From an uncultured cyanobacterium (GTDB taxonomy: Bacteria; Cyanobacteriota; Cyanobacteriia; PCC-6307; Cyanobiaceae), in NCBI GenBank assembly GCA_963765575.1, contig CAVXWZ010000002.1, positions 128,001 to 192,000 on the forward strand: a stretch of DNA of 64,000 bases. Reading direction: 5' to 3'. Made by a program: the position numbers and the translations under genes. Under the pieces are notes generated by a model. It had not been told where the DNA came from, made no database searches, and was given only the letters and a program-made list of their open reading frames with translations. Of this stretch, positions 48,193 to 58,052 are shown in pieces; the stretch's first letter is position 1, and every line of letters begins with the position of its first letter.

Positions 48193-49428
48193 TTGAGCAT
48201 CTCCGTTCTCCGCCCCACGACAAGGCCAGCTCCCTCAAAGAGCCCGGCCCAGAATCGCCTTGCCTCGCCGCTGAAACGCCTGCTGCCCTGGCCATGGGAG
48301 GACTGGCCGGCCGAAGCGCGGCTGCTGATCGGCCTGGTGGCGCTCTGGAGTGTCTTGGGTTTGCTGGTGCTGGCCTCCGCCAGCTGGTGGGTGGCCGAAC
48401 GGGAGATGGGTGACGGCGCCTACTACCTCAAGCGCCAGCTGATCTGGATGGTGGCCAGCTGGGGGCTGCTGCTGCTGGGGGTGCGCACCCAGCTGCGCCG
48501 CTGGCTGCACATCGCCCCCATGGCTCTGCTGGTGGGCTGCCTGCTGGTGGGGGCCACGCTGGTGGTGGGGAGCACCGTGAACGGAGCCAGCCGCTGGCTG
48601 GTGATCGGTCCCCTGCAGCTGCAACCGTCCGAACTCGTCAAGCCCTTCGTGCTGCTGCAGGGGGCCGCCCTGTTCGCCCACTGGCGGCGCATCGGCCTTG
48701 ACCAGAAGCTGCTCTGGCTGGGGGTCTTCGGGCTGCTGATCCTGATGATTCTGAAGCAGCCGAACCTCAGCACCGCTGCCCTGACCGGGCTGCTGCTCTG
48801 GTTGATGGCCCTGGCTGGTGGCTTGGGGCTGCCCCTGCTGTTGGGGGCGGCCACGGCTGGTGGCGTGCTGGGAGCCGCCAGCATCTCCCTCAACACCTAC
48901 CAGCGGCTTCGGGTGGTGTCGTTCCTCAATCCCTGGCGCGATGCCCAAGGCGATGGCTACCAGCTGGTGCAGAGCCTGCTGGCCATTGGTTCCGGCGGGC
49001 TGTTCGGAGAAGGCTTTGGCCTCTCGACCCAGAAACTTCAATACCTGCCCATCCAGAGCACGGATTTCATCTTCGCGGTATTTGCCGAAGAGTTCGGCTA
49101 CGTGGGATCGCTGGTGCTGCTGCTGTTCCTGCTGCTGTTCGGGTTCGTGGGACTCAGGGTGGCCCTGAGCTGCCGCAGCAACCAGCATCGGCTGGTGGCC
49201 ATGGGCTGCACCACGCTGCTGGTGGGGCAATCGATTCTCAACATTGCCGTGGCCAGCGGCGCCATGCCCACCACCGGACTGCCGCTGCCGCTGATCAGCT
49301 ACGGCGGCAATTCCCTGATGTCCAGCCTGTTCGTCTGCGGCCTGCTGATTCGCTGCGCCCTGGAATCCGGCGGGCTGGTGCCCGTTGCCCGCGTCAGCCG
49401 TCGTCGACGCCCTGGGGCAGCCGGATAG
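48193..49428 (+). CDS. ftsW: SEDS family peptidoglycan polymerase FtsW/RodA
   Basis: NGASRW, QPSELVK, GYQLVQS, TDFIF, EEFG, PLISYGG; start uncertain. Confidence 0.92.
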   Translation: MSISVLRPTTRPAPSKSPAQNRLASPLKRLLPWPWEDWPAEARLLIGLVALWSVLGLLVLASASWWVAEREMGDGAYYLKRQLIWMVASWGLLLLGVRTQLRRWLHIAPMALLVGCLLVGATLVVGSTVNGASRWLVIGPLQLQPSELVKPFVLLQGAALFAHWRRIGLDQKLLWLGVFGLLILMILKQPNLSTAALTGLLLWLMALAGGLGLPLLLGAATAGGVLGAASISLNTYQRLRVVSFLNPWRDAQGDGYQLVQSLLAIGSGGLFGEGFGLSTQKLQYLPIQSTDFIFAVFAEEFGYVGSLVLLLFLLLFGFVGLRVALSCRSNQHRLVAMGCTTLLVGQSILNIAVASGAMPTTGLPLPLISYGGNSLMSSLFVCGLLIRCALESGGLVPVARVSRRRRPGAAG

Positions 49429-49437
49429 GCTGGCCCC

Positions 49438-50217
49438 ATGAGCGTGATCGGGCTAGCACTCTCGACTTGGGCCCTCACGATCAGTGATCTGGCCCAGCAG
49501 AGCGAGACTCTCCTGCAGCGCTCGCTCAGCACACCCGGGCCGGCAACCCTCGCGCTGGTCTTCGGGGGCGGCCTGCTCACCAGCCTTGGCCCCTGTTCCC
49601 TCTCCCTGCTGCCCGTGACCCTCGCCTACCTGGCGGGCTTCGGCGGCACGGAAGAGCGCTCCAGCGAGGCAGTGTCCAGAGACCTGACCAGCACACCCTG
49701 GCAGCGCAGCCTCTGCTTTGCCGCTGGCATCGTCGCCGCCCTGGTGCTGCTGGGCCTGGCCAGTGGCCTGCTGGGCCGGCTCTATGGCCAGATCCCTGGA
49801 TTGATCCCCACCCTGGTGGCCCTACTGGCCCTGCTGATGGGCCTCAACCTGCTGGGGTTGCTGCCCCTGCCCCTGCCGGCGGGGCCTGATCCGGAGCTCT
49901 GGCGCCAGCGGGTGCCGGCCCCCCTCGCTCCCATGGCAGCTGGCCTGGCCTTTGGCCTGGCGGCCACCCCCTGCACCACACCGGTGCTGGCCGTGCTGCT
50001 GGGCTGGATGGCCCAGACCGGGCGTCCCCTCGAGGGCATGCTGCTGCTCACCTGCTTTGGCGCCGGCCAGGTCCTGCCCTTGCTGCTGGTCGGCACCGCC
50101 GCCGCCAGCCTGCCCGGCCTGCTGAGGCTGAGGCAGGTGGGGCAGTGGGTTCCGCCGATCAGCGGCGCCGTTCTGGTGAGCACCGGCTTGCTCACGTTGG
50201 TGGCCAACTGGACGTGA
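49438..50217 (+). CDS. ccdA: Cytochrome c biogenesis protein CcdA
   Basis: SLGPCSLSLLP and TPCTTPVL Cys motifs. Confidence 0.9.
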   Translation: MSVIGLALSTWALTISDLAQQSETLLQRSLSTPGPATLALVFGGGLLTSLGPCSLSLLPVTLAYLAGFGGTEERSSEAVSRDLTSTPWQRSLCFAAGIVAALVLLGLASGLLGRLYGQIPGLIPTLVALLALLMGLNLLGLLPLPLPAGPDPELWRQRVPAPLAPMAAGLAFGLAATPCTTPVLAVLLGWMAQTGRPLEGMLLLTCFGAGQVLPLLLVGTAAASLPGLLRLRQVGQWVPPISGAVLVSTGLLTLVANWT

Positions 50218-50242
50218 ACCGGCACCCTGAGCACGAACAGCG

Positions 50243-51556
50243 ATGAACGGATCCGCCCCAAGGTTCCTGAGCCGTCTGGCGGCCTGGATCGCCGACCTGC
50301 GCGTGGCCATCGGCCTGCTGGTGGTGATCGCCATCGCCAGCGGCATCGGCACCGCCATCCCCCAGAAGGAGCCGGAGAGCCTGTACCACCGGCTCTACGA
50401 CGACCAGCCCTGGCTCGGGCTCCTCAACGGTGATCGGCTCCTGGACCTGCAGCTCGATCACGTGTACTCCAGCAGCTGGTTTCTGGGCCTGCTGGCCTGG
50501 CTCGGGCTGGCGCTGCTGCTGTGCAGCTGGCGACGGCAGTGGCCGGCCCTGCAGGCGGCCTTGCGCTGGATCGACTACCGCTCGCCGCGCCAGCTCAGCA
50601 AGCTGAGCGTGGCCCAGACCCTGCCCGCTGAGGACGCCGGTGCCAGCCTCACCCGCCTGGAGCAGCTGCTGCGCAGACAGGGCTGGCAGGTGCTGCGCCA
50701 TCCCGACCGGCTGGCGGCTCGGCGGGGCGTGCCCGGGCGTGTGGGGCCCCTGTTGGTGCATGCCGGCCTGGTGGTGCTGCTGGTGGGTTCCGCCTGGGGG
50801 GCGCTCGGGGGGCAACGGGCGGAGCAGTTTCTGGCCCCCGGCCGCACCCTCGACCTGATCGACAGCCGTGGCCACAACCAGCTCACCCTCGCCCTGGACG
50901 CCTTCGGCGTGGATCGGGATCCGGCCGGCCGGCCGGAGCAGTTTCGCTCCCAGCTGCGCCTGCTGGAGAGCTCGGAAGCCGACGCTCCGGCCCTGCTCGA
51001 ACAGGCCGAGATCAGCGTCAACCACCCGCTGCGCTTCCGCGGCGTCACCTTCTATCAGGCGGACTGGAGCCTGGCCGCCATCAGCGTGCGCCTGGGCCGC
51101 AGCCCGGAGCTGCAGTTGCCACTGCAGACCTTTCCGCAGCTCGGTGACCAGCTCTGGGGCCTGGTGCTGCCCACCCGCCCCGACGGCAGCGATCCCGTCC
51201 TGCTCAGCCTCACCAGCGAACAGGGGCCCGTTGACATCTATGGCTCCGACGGCGGCCTGATCGGTTCCCTGGCAGTGGGCGGCGATGCCCTCGAGGTGAA
51301 CGGCCTGCCGCTGCGGGTCACGGCGGTGCTGCCGGCCAGCGGCATCCTGCTCAAGCGCGACCCGGGCGTGCCCCTGGTTTACGGGGGCTTTGCGATCGCT
51401 CTGGTCGGCGGAGCGCTCAGCCTGCTGGCCACCCGCCAGCTCTGGGCCATCGCCGAACAGACCCCGGCCACCAACAGCCTGCATGTGGCGGGACTGTGCA
51501 ACCGCAATCTCACGTCCTTCGCCGCCGAACTTCCCCAACTGCTCAGCCAGGTCTGA
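50243..51556 (+). CDS. ccs1: Cytochrome c biogenesis protein Ccs1/ResB
   Basis: IGTAIPQ, LVHAG, ISVNHPL, YQADW, DPGVP. Confidence 0.92.
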   Translation: MNGSAPRFLSRLAAWIADLRVAIGLLVVIAIASGIGTAIPQKEPESLYHRLYDDQPWLGLLNGDRLLDLQLDHVYSSSWFLGLLAWLGLALLLCSWRRQWPALQAALRWIDYRSPRQLSKLSVAQTLPAEDAGASLTRLEQLLRRQGWQVLRHPDRLAARRGVPGRVGPLLVHAGLVVLLVGSAWGALGGQRAEQFLAPGRTLDLIDSRGHNQLTLALDAFGVDRDPAGRPEQFRSQLRLLESSEADAPALLEQAEISVNHPLRFRGVTFYQADWSLAAISVRLGRSPELQLPLQTFPQLGDQLWGLVLPTRPDGSDPVLLSLTSEQGPVDIYGSDGGLIGSLAVGGDALEVNGLPLRVTAVLPASGILLKRDPGVPLVYGGFAIALVGGALSLLATRQLWAIAEQTPATNSLHVAGLCNRNLTSFAAELPQLLSQV

Positions 51557-51583
51557 GCACGACCGCACAGCACAGCGGCCCGT

Positions 51584-52018
51584 TCAGCAGGGCTGCCGCG
51601 TGCCGTGGCTCACCCGCACCACGGTGTGGACATTGCCCCGGGGGTTGAAGTCAGCCTCGAGCTGCATCCACTGGGGCGCACAGGCGGCCACGACGTCATC
51701 GAGGATGCGATTGGCGGCTTCTTCGTGGGAGATGGCGCGGTTGCGGTAGCTGTTTGCATAGAGCTTGATGGCCTTGAGCTCCATCACCCGCGGGCCTGGC
51801 TGATACAGCAGGCGCAGGGTGGCGAAATCGGGATAGCCCGAAAACGGGCACAGGCAGGTGAACTCCGGCAGGGTGATGGCGATCTCGTAAGGGCGGCCGG
51901 GTCGGGGATTGTCGAAGCAGATCAGTTCAGCCGCGGCGATCGCCCGCTCGCCGTAGCGGGGCGTGCGGGTCTGATCGGGGCTGGTCTGATCGGAGCTGGA
52001 CTGATCGGGGGTCGACAT
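51584..52018 (-). CDS. queF: NADPH-dependent preQ0 reductase
   Basis: EFTCLCPFSGYPDFA, ELKAIKLY, SHEE, PRG. Confidence 0.95.
   Translation of the reverse strand: MSTPDQSSSDQTSPDQTRTPRYGERAIAAAELICFDNPRPGRPYEIAITLPEFTCLCPFSGYPDFATLRLLYQPGPRVMELKAIKLYANSYRNRAISHEEAANRILDDVVAACAPQWMQLEADFNPRGNVHTVVRVSHGTRQPC
51971..52015. repeat. 3 x 15-bp imperfect tandem repeat in the queF 5' end
   Basis: CTGATCGGGGCTGGT CTGATCGGAGCTGGA CTGATCGGGGGTCGA, encoding STPDQ/SSSDQ/TSPDQ. Confidence 0.8.
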
Positions 52019-52066
52019 CGCGGCAGGCCGGCGCTGGCCGCGATCCTATGGAGCGCCAGGGCAGCC

Positions 52067-52080
52067 GTAGCAATCGCTAC
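52067..52080 (+). promoter_or_regulatory. NtcA-binding site upstream of glnB
   Basis: GTA-GCAATCGC-TAC is an exact GTA-N8-TAC; -10-like TGTGAT lies 22 nt downstream. Confidence 0.8.
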
Positions 52081-52144
52081 GACAACCCCCGATCAGCTCA
52101 GGTGTGATGGGCCTCGTCCTCGCCCAAGGGCAGGGACCCTCTGA

Positions 52145-52525
<381 letters not shown>

Positions 52526-52564
52526 GCCCTGAGCGCTCTGGCCCGCGGCTACCTCCGGCGACGC

Positions 52565-53416
52565 TCAGGGCGTCGCCAGGGTGGCCTCCACCAGGCGCCG
52601 GATCATGGCTGCGTCAAGGGGGCCAGCCCATGGCGTCCCTACTCCAGCCGGCGGGTCGCCGCCCCGTAGCCAGAGCAGATATTCGTGATTGCCCGCCGGT
52701 CCGGTGATTGGTGAGGCCACCAGGCCTGCGGGAGTCAGCTCCAGGGCGGCCGCGGCAGCGATCACTGCCGTGATTGCATCGCAATGGGCGGCGGGGTCCC
52801 GCACCACCCCACCCTTGCCCACCCGGGCCCGGCCCACCTCGAACTGGGGCTTGACCAGCACCACCAGGTCGACCCCCGCACCGGGATTCGTCGGCCGCAG
52901 CAGCGCCAGCAGCGCCGGCAGCACCAGCGCCAAAGAGATGAACGACAGATCGGCCACCGCCAGATCGGGCCGCGGGTCGGTCGGGCTGAAGAGGTCGTCC
53001 GGGGTGAGGTGACGCAGGTTGGTGCGCTCCCTGAGCACCACGCGCCCATCACTGCGCAGGCTCCAGGCCGTCTGGCCGTAGCCCACATCGATGCCATAAA
53101 CCCTGGCGGCACCACGCTGGAGCAGGCAGTCGCAGAAGCCGCCTGTGGAGATGCCGGCATCGACACACACCCGGCCCTCCAGCGGCAGGGCGAAGGCCTC
53201 CAGAGCCGGCTCCAGCTTCTCGCCACCACGGGAGACAAAGCGAGGCGGCTGGCGCACCTCCAGGGGCAGATCAACAGCCACCTCGGTGCCGGGCTTGTCC
53301 AGCACCCGATCGCCGCTGCGCACCCTGCCGGCCCGGATCAGCTGCTGACCCTGCTGACGGCTGGCGGCCAGACCCCGGGCGACCAGTTCCAGATCCAGGC
53401 GTTGCTTGCGGGCCAT
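52565..53416 (-). CDS. tlyA: TlyA family rRNA methyltransferase
   Basis: S4 domain (RLD), VSRGGEKL, GISTGGF, LVKPQFE, GNHEYL. Confidence 0.93.
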   Translation of the reverse strand: MARKQRLDLELVARGLAASRQQGQQLIRAGRVRSGDRVLDKPGTEVAVDLPLEVRQPPRFVSRGGEKLEPALEAFALPLEGRVCVDAGISTGGFCDCLLQRGAARVYGIDVGYGQTAWSLRSDGRVVLRERTNLRHLTPDDLFSPTDPRPDLAVADLSFISLALVLPALLALLRPTNPGAGVDLVVLVKPQFEVGRARVGKGGVVRDPAAHCDAITAVIAAAAALELTPAGLVASPITGPAGNHEYLLWLRGGDPPAGVGTPWAGPLDAAMIRRLVEATLATP

Positions 53417-53540
53417 GGCGCCACGCGGTGGAGCTCTGAGGTCGTGTGATCAAACCACAACCGAAACGAAACAGATTGCCTGCAGGCTCCGGGTTGTCCG
53501 GTAGTCCACGGGAAGATTGCCCCAGATCAGCCTCGCCGTC

Positions 53541-53825
53541 ATGGCCCCGCGCCTTGCCAGCCCCTCGCCCCAGGCCACCAGCCAGGCCAACAGGTGGTCC
53601 AGCCATCGCGGAGCCCGGGGCGCGCGCAGGTCCATCCGCAGCTGCGCCGAGGTGGTGGACCTGCTCCGGCCCGGCAGCTTCGTGAGACTGCGCAACCAAC
53701 CGGCGGACCTGCCGCCCTTCGAGTTGATCCGCTGCCGGGGAGGGCGCTGCTGGGTGCGGCAGCAGGCCTGGGGGGGTGCGGTGCAGTGGGAGGTGGCCCA
53801 CCGCCAGCTGAAGGCCGCCGGTTGA
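53541..53825 (+). CDS. Small hypothetical protein
   Basis: LLRPGSFVRLRNQPADLPPFELIRCRGGRCWVRQQAW; fits the gap before purB; start uncertain. Confidence 0.6.
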   Translation: MAPRLASPSPQATSQANRWSSHRGARGARRSIRSCAEVVDLLRPGSFVRLRNQPADLPPFELIRCRGGRCWVRQQAWGGAVQWEVAHRQLKAAG

Positions 53826-53905
53826 AGGCTGGGCTCGCACCCATCCTCCCGGCGCAGCCATACATTGGATGGCTGTGATGGTGGGCGTCAGCGCTCCCGC
53901 AGGCA

Positions 53906-55201
53906 TTGATCGAGCGCTACACCCTGCCCGAGATGGGCGATCTCTGGAGCGAGCAGGCCAAGTTCCAGAGCTGGCTGGATGTGGAGATCGCCGCCACTGA
54001 GGCCAACGCCGAACTGGGGCGGGTGCCCCCTGAAGCGGTTGCCACGATCAAGGCCAAAGCCGGCTTTTCGGTGCAGCGGATCCTCGAGATCGAGGCGGAG
54101 GTGCGCCATGACGTGATCGCCTTCCTCACCGATGTCAATGAGCACGTGGGCGATGCGGGCCGTTACATCCACGTGGGCATGACCAGCTCCGACGTGCTCG
54201 ACACCGGCCTGGCCCTGCAGTTGAAGGCCTCGGTGCAGCTCCTGCGCGCCGAACTCGACCAGTTGGCCGTGGCAATCCGCGAGCTGGCCCGCGCCCACAA
54301 GGGCACGGTGATGATCGGCCGCAGCCACGCCATCCATGGCGAGCCCATCACCTTCGGCTTCAAGCTGGCGGGCTGGCTGGCGGAGACGGAGCGCAACCGT
54401 GAGCGCCTGGAGCGCCTGGAGCGGGTGGTGAGTGTGGGCCAGATCAGTGGCGCCATGGGCACCTACGCCAACACCGATCCCAAGGTCGAGGAGCTCACCT
54501 GCGCCAGCCTGGGCCTGGTGCCCGACACCGCCAGCACCCAGGTGATCTCCCGGGATCGCCATGCCGAGTACGTGCAGACCCTGGCCCTGGTGGGTGCGGC
54601 CCTGGAGCGCTTCAGCACTGAGATCCGCAACCTGCAGCGCACCGACGTGCTGGAGGTGGAGGAGAACTTCGCCAAGGGGCAGAAAGGCAGCTCGGCCATG
54701 CCCCACAAGCGCAACCCGATCCGCAGCGAACGCATCAGCGGCCTGGCCAGGGTGCTGCGCAGCTACGTGGTGGCGGCGCTGGAAAACTGCGCCCTCTGGC
54801 ATGAACGCGACATCAGCCACAGCTCAGTGGAGCGGATGATGCTGCCCGACTGCTCAGCCACCCTGCACTTCATGCTGCGCGACATGACCGAGGTGGTGCG
54901 CGGGCTGGGGGTGTATCCCGACAACATGGCCCGCAACATGAATGTGTACGGCGGGGTGGTGTTCAGCCAGCGGGTGTTGCTGGCCCTGGTGGAGGCCGGC
55001 ATCAGCCGTGAACAGGCCTACCGGATCGTGCAGCGCAACGCCCACAGCGCCTGGAACACCCCCGGTGGCGACTTCCACGCCAACCTGATCGACGACCCTG
55101 AGGTGAGCAGCCAGCTCAGCGACGACCAACTGGAGGCGTGCTTCACCACCGACCTGCACCAGGCCAATCTGGGGGTGATCTGGGAGCGGCTGGGCATCTG
55201 A
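53906..55201 (+). CDS. purB: Adenylosuccinate lyase
   Basis: IERY, RHDV, TSSD, GSSAMPHKRNP. Confidence 0.97.
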   Translation: MIERYTLPEMGDLWSEQAKFQSWLDVEIAATEANAELGRVPPEAVATIKAKAGFSVQRILEIEAEVRHDVIAFLTDVNEHVGDAGRYIHVGMTSSDVLDTGLALQLKASVQLLRAELDQLAVAIRELARAHKGTVMIGRSHAIHGEPITFGFKLAGWLAETERNRERLERLERVVSVGQISGAMGTYANTDPKVEELTCASLGLVPDTASTQVISRDRHAEYVQTLALVGAALERFSTEIRNLQRTDVLEVEENFAKGQKGSSAMPHKRNPIRSERISGLARVLRSYVVAALENCALWHERDISHSSVERMMLPDCSATLHFMLRDMTEVVRGLGVYPDNMARNMNVYGGVVFSQRVLLALVEAGISREQAYRIVQRNAHSAWNTPGGDFHANLIDDPEVSSQLSDDQLEACFTTDLHQANLGVIWERLGI

Positions 55202-55237
55202 ACCAGGCCGCTCAGCCCCTGCCGTCCTTAACCGCCC

Positions 55238-56581
55238 TTAATTGGTGAAGATGCGATAGATGGAGGCGGCGTTGAGCACCGGACCCAGGGGGGTCACGGC
55301 CTGCAACAGGAAGTCGTTGAAGCGGGTCCAGCCGTTGCGGGGCACCACCACCATGTCGCCGTTGTGCAGGGAGGGATTGGCCGGCGAATCCAGCGGTGCC
55401 GAGGGGTCAAAGATCACGCTGCGCACACTCACCTCACCGCTGGGTTCCACCCGGATCAGGCGGATCTCCTTGGTATTGGCCCGCAGCGGATCCACATCCC
55501 CAGCGGCGATCACAGCGGAGGCCAGCGGGCTGTTGGAGCGCACCTGGGTCAGGCCCGGCTGCACCACCTCACCCACCACCATGACGCCGATGGTGTCCGG
55601 GGCGAAGTTGGAGGCGGCCGTGCGGATCAGCACATCACTGGGCTGGGGTGTCTCTGCGCGGGCCACCCGAACCATGTCGCCGTCGTAGAGCAGGGGATTG
55701 ACGGTGCTGCGGTTGTTCATCAGCACCTCCAAGTAGTCGAAGCGGTACTCCACAGGCTGTCCACCGGGCACGGCGCTGGGGCGGCTGAGCACAACCTCGG
55801 AGAGGTCGGCGATCGCGGTGATGCCACCGGCCCGCTGCACCGCATCCACCAGGGTGGGCCAGCCGGCCGTGGCGATCGTGGTTTCCGAGGCGGCCGGCCC
55901 AGCCGCCGCCAGACGGGCCGCCTCCCCACCCTGGGTGAGCGTGTAGAAACCGGGCCGCTGCACCTCGCCCAGCAGGGTCACGCGCACCGGACGCGGTGCC
56001 AACAGATCGAGGTACACGAGCGGGTTGCGCAGGAAACGGTCGTAGCCCTCGGTGATGCGTTGACGCGCCTCGTCCATGGTCAGCCCCCAGACGGGCACGG
56101 CGCCCAGCCGGGGCAGGTTGACCGTGCCGTCGGCCAGCACCTCAACCACCGCCTCGTAGCCCTTCACCATGAACACGGACATGGTCAGTCGATCCCCCGG
56201 GCCGAGGCGATAGCGAAAGCCCCTGCTGCCGGGATCAATGCTGACCACGTTTGGCTGGCGCAGGGCCTGGGGCGCCGCTGGGGCGCTGCCCAGGGGAGAG
56301 CGCTTGCGGGTTTCTGCCCCCCTGGCGGCCGGCTGGGTGTCGGTGGCGGCAGGAATGGATTCGGCGGCGGCGGGAATCGGATCGCCGGGAGCCTGATCGG
56401 GGATCGGGAAGGCCTCGGGCTGGTTGGCGCCCTGGGCCAGGGTGCGGGGCGGCGCCCCCAGGGCCGTCACCAGCGCTCCGACGGGCAGCAGGCTCAGGGG
56501 GGTGAGCAGCAGGGCGGCGGCCCGGCGTCGCAGCCCGCGGCGGGCGGCTCGGTCTGCTGCGGTGAGGGGGGTAGAAGACAC
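55238..56581 (-). CDS. Polysaccharide export outer-membrane protein (Wza/KpsD-like, SLBB domains)
   Basis: YRLGPGD, DGTVNLPRLG, GEVQRPG, AGG, GDMVVVP; signal peptide. Confidence 0.88.
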   Translation of the reverse strand: MSSTPLTAADRAARRGLRRRAAALLLTPLSLLPVGALVTALGAPPRTLAQGANQPEAFPIPDQAPGDPIPAAAESIPAATDTQPAARGAETRKRSPLGSAPAAPQALRQPNVVSIDPGSRGFRYRLGPGDRLTMSVFMVKGYEAVVEVLADGTVNLPRLGAVPVWGLTMDEARQRITEGYDRFLRNPLVYLDLLAPRPVRVTLLGEVQRPGFYTLTQGGEAARLAAAGPAASETTIATAGWPTLVDAVQRAGGITAIADLSEVVLSRPSAVPGGQPVEYRFDYLEVLMNNRSTVNPLLYDGDMVRVARAETPQPSDVLIRTAASNFAPDTIGVMVVGEVVQPGLTQVRSNSPLASAVIAAGDVDPLRANTKEIRLIRVEPSGEVSVRSVIFDPSAPLDSPANPSLHNGDMVVVPRNGWTRFNDFLLQAVTPLGPVLNAASIYRIFTN

Positions 56582-56675
56582 GGACCTGGGGGCAGAGGGA
56601 ACCGGTAGCCGGCCAGGGTGACGCTGGGGAGCACCGGGACAGGCGGGCTAATCTTCACGCACCCCCAACCCAATC

Positions 56676-57644
56676 GTGAAGACGACCGACGGAAATCCGC
56701 TGAATCTCTCCGCCGCGATCGCTCTTCCCCAGGATCGGGTCCAAGCGGATCTGGCTCCCTTCCTGCTGCTGTCCTCCCAGGGCCTGGATCTCTACCTGCT
56801 GCCCGGCGAGCGCTTTGGTCCCTACGCCGAACCGGTGGGGGAGCTGCGCGAACTCACCTACCGACAGCAGCTCTCGGGCTCCGGCAAGAGCCGGGATCTG
56901 GACAGCCGCGATCCCCATTACGACCACTTCCTGCTGGTGGAGAGCAACAGTGGCGAATTGGCGGGATCGGCACGCCTGCAGTTCGTCCCCGCTCGCGCGA
57001 GCGGCGACCAATCCGCAGCGGGGTTGCCGCCCTTGCCGGGTGGGGCGCAGTCCTACCTGGAACATGTGTATCCGGGCATCAAGGCCCATCTGGCCAGCCA
57101 GGGCAACCACCTGGAGATCGGCCGTGTGGCCCTGGCGCCACGGTTTCAGCGTCAGCCCCACACCCTGATGCTGCTGTTTCGCGGCGGTCTTCAGGTGGCC
57201 GTGGGAGCCGGTTACAGCTCCATCCATGGTCTGGTCTCCTACAACCACTTCGCCTACGACGAAACGGTGAACCGGGAGTTTCTCAGCACCCTGCTGCGTC
57301 CCCCCTTCCTCGATCCCTCCAGCCCCCATCCACAGCCGCGCCATCCGGTGGCAGGTCTCGCCCCCGCGCCCAGCCCCGCTGCCGTGGCCAGCATCCAGGA
57401 ACTGGAACTGCACATCCGCCACGACCTGGACCCATCCTTCCGTCTGCCCGTGCTGCTGCGCCAGTACTTCAACCTGATGGAGGCCAGCGTGCGCAACCTC
57501 TCTCTGGCCCGGGACTTCAACCAGATCACCGAGATCCTGATGGCCGCCGATCTGCGGCGGATCCCGACCCGCCGGCTGGAACACTTCATCGACGTCGACC
57601 ATCGGCCGATCTACCGGAGTTTCAGCTGGTACCGGGGAGGATGA
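56676..57644 (+). CDS. GNAT-fold N-acyltransferase of OlsB / OlsF C-terminal type
   Basis: GELRELTYR..GSGKSRDLDSRDPHYDHFLL, LEIGRV...RFQ, LPVLLRQY, DF..I..L..ADL. Confidence 0.75.
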   Translation: MKTTDGNPLNLSAAIALPQDRVQADLAPFLLLSSQGLDLYLLPGERFGPYAEPVGELRELTYRQQLSGSGKSRDLDSRDPHYDHFLLVESNSGELAGSARLQFVPARASGDQSAAGLPPLPGGAQSYLEHVYPGIKAHLASQGNHLEIGRVALAPRFQRQPHTLMLLFRGGLQVAVGAGYSSIHGLVSYNHFAYDETVNREFLSTLLRPPFLDPSSPHPQPRHPVAGLAPAPSPAAVASIQELELHIRHDLDPSFRLPVLLRQYFNLMEASVRNLSLARDFNQITEILMAADLRRIPTRRLEHFIDVDHRPIYRSFSWYRGG

Positions 57645-57701
57645 GGCCGTGCCATTGAACTGGTACGTTGCCATCCGATCAAGGCGTGGCCGAGGGACTT
57701 G

Positions 57702-58052
57702 ATGCACGCAGGCCCCGACAACGACAGCAGCGGAGCCGCGTCCCCCATTCCTGGCGCCAATCGCCAACCGAGGGCCCACGACACCGCCACTCCCGGCCGG
57801 CAGAGCCTGCAGGAGCGGCTGATCGAGATTCTGCAGCGCATCTCAGGGGCTGATCCGGAGCAGATCACCCCTGATGCCCGGCTGATCGAAGACATCGGCA
57901 TCGACTCCCTGGGCTTCTACGAAATCCTGATCGAGGCGGACGAGTGCCTGGGCATCAAGATCCGGGAAGAGGATCTGCTCGGCTTCCGCACCGTGGGGGA
58001 TGTGCAGCGGCACCTGGAGTCCCTGGAGCGGGACCATGGCCCGAACAACTGA
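57702..58052 (+). CDS. Acyl carrier protein
   Basis: ITPDARLIEDIGIDSL phosphopantetheine motif; LGIKI; TVGDV. Confidence 0.88.
   Translation: MHAGPDNDSSGAASPIPGANRQPRAHDTATPGRQSLQERLIEILQRISGADPEQITPDARLIEDIGIDSLGFYEILIEADECLGIKIREEDLLGFRTVGDVQRHLESLERDHGPNN

Noticed and set aside
53445..53460. CRP-like site TGTGATCAAACCACA
   Set aside because: Spacing and second half-site do not fit TGTGA-N6-TCACA
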